This document shows, piece after piece, positions 63,009 to 64,000 of a stretch of DNA of 64,000 nucleotides. The first letter of the stretch is position 1, and each line of letters opens with the position of its first letter. The notes under the pieces were generated by a model that was not told the origin of the DNA, ran no database searches, and worked only from the letters and a program-made list of their open reading frames with translations. Made by a program: the position numbers and the translations under genes. Origin of the DNA: Antedon mediterranea (lineage: Eukaryota > Animalia > Echinodermata); contig NC_092672.1 in assembly GCF_964355755.1 (NCBI RefSeq), positions 18,799,237 to 18,863,236 on the forward strand. The letters run 5' to 3'.

Positions 63009-64000
63009 TCCCTTATTGAGCACCACCCACTTTTCTTTCAACAATTTTCCACTTAAATCGATTTCCGTTTGTAAACTTGTATATATTTTCTTTGCTTTGT
63101 CTCCACCATTTTAGCTTCTTTATCTGTCTGGCTTTAACACGTGCAAATTCCAATTCTTTGACATTGTTTAAATGCTTCCGGGTGTTGTCGCGAACGACAT
63201 GGCTACTTGAACTGACGCCAATATCGGCTTAGGCCTGTTATTATTATTATTACGCACGTCGTTGAAACTCTCGTCTAACCTTTGTTCCATTTCTTTTTCC
63301 TGCCTTTTTAATACTTTTATTGATTCTGTCGATTTTCGAATACTTTCTCTTACTAATCTCTTTTCCGCATCTTTTATTATCTTTTCTGCGTTGCTGGGAT
63401 TTATAGGGCATTTTAATTGTAGGCCCTTCGGCGTGATGTTGAGCCGCTTACAATGTAAAGCAAACACTCGGTGGTTTCGTGTTCGGGCTGCCTTCCTCAC
63501 GATCTTTTTTTGAGCACGCACTAATTTTACAGTATCTTGACCGTATTTCGATCTGATGATATTGAATAAATTCATCTGGTTCCAAATAATATTTTTGTGG
63601 ATTTTTACTTTATGTTGAACCAAAGAAACGAAAAGGAATAAATTACCTTCGTGACGTTTCGTCGACAATCAGCCAGCCGCCTGGTTGGTATTGACGGTAG
63701 AGCTCTACCGTCAATACCAACCAGACGGCTGGTGGCGCTGTTCAGCGTCACTTACAAAAAACCAGACCATTCCAACCCAGGCTTTAGTATGAAGCAGTCG
63801 ACAGATTGTCGACGAAATGTCACGAAGGTAATTTATTCCTTTTCGTTTCTTTGGTTCAACATAAAGTAAAAATCCACAAAATATCATTTGGAACCAGATG
63901 AATTTATTCAATATTTGTATAAGTATTTACATGATGTAGAGAGATTGTTTCTTTTGTGATAACTTTTACAGTAGTGGCAGATACACAGAGAGAGGCGTAA

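Larger units (their letters stand above)
57832..63912 (-). mobile_element. Penelope-like element (same family and site as 37386-40230) with inverted terminal pLTR and two nested inserts
   Basis: 16-bp TSD ATTTGTATAAGTATTT (57816-57831, 63913-63928). RT and GIY-YIG fragments are colinear with the first copy. Inverted pLTR at 63703-63912. Confidence 0.93.

Overview
AT-rich eukaryotic (animal) genomic DNA. The repeat repertoire suggests a marine invertebrate, possibly an echinoderm; this is an inference. The first ~23.5 kb is nested, decayed transposons: a Penelope remnant, a MULE-like element with 9-bp TSD and internal foldback, a Harbinger-like MITE, an RTE LINE interrupted by a second LINE whose ORF1 carries a 2A/StopGo motif, and an esterase-ORF1 LINE interrupted by hammerhead-ribozyme-bearing inserts. 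From 24 kb to 57.5 kb lies a + strand tandem array of immunoglobulin-superfamily type I membrane receptor genes whose coding regions are uninterrupted (signal peptide, 3 Ig domains, TM, Tyr- and RxLPxxP-containing tail). It comprises one divergent 473-aa paralogue, five near-identical 451-aa copies and one pseudogene. Variation among the five copies is concentrated in the leader and N-terminal Ig domain, and there are signs of mosaicism and gene conversion. The array is interspersed with Penelope, Tx1/L1, DIRS-type, solo-LTR and MITE insertions. The best candidates for new biology are this diversified Ig receptor array and a 1.1-kb composite insert with two hammerheads and a tRNA-like gene. 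All calls are by eye; no database searches were run.
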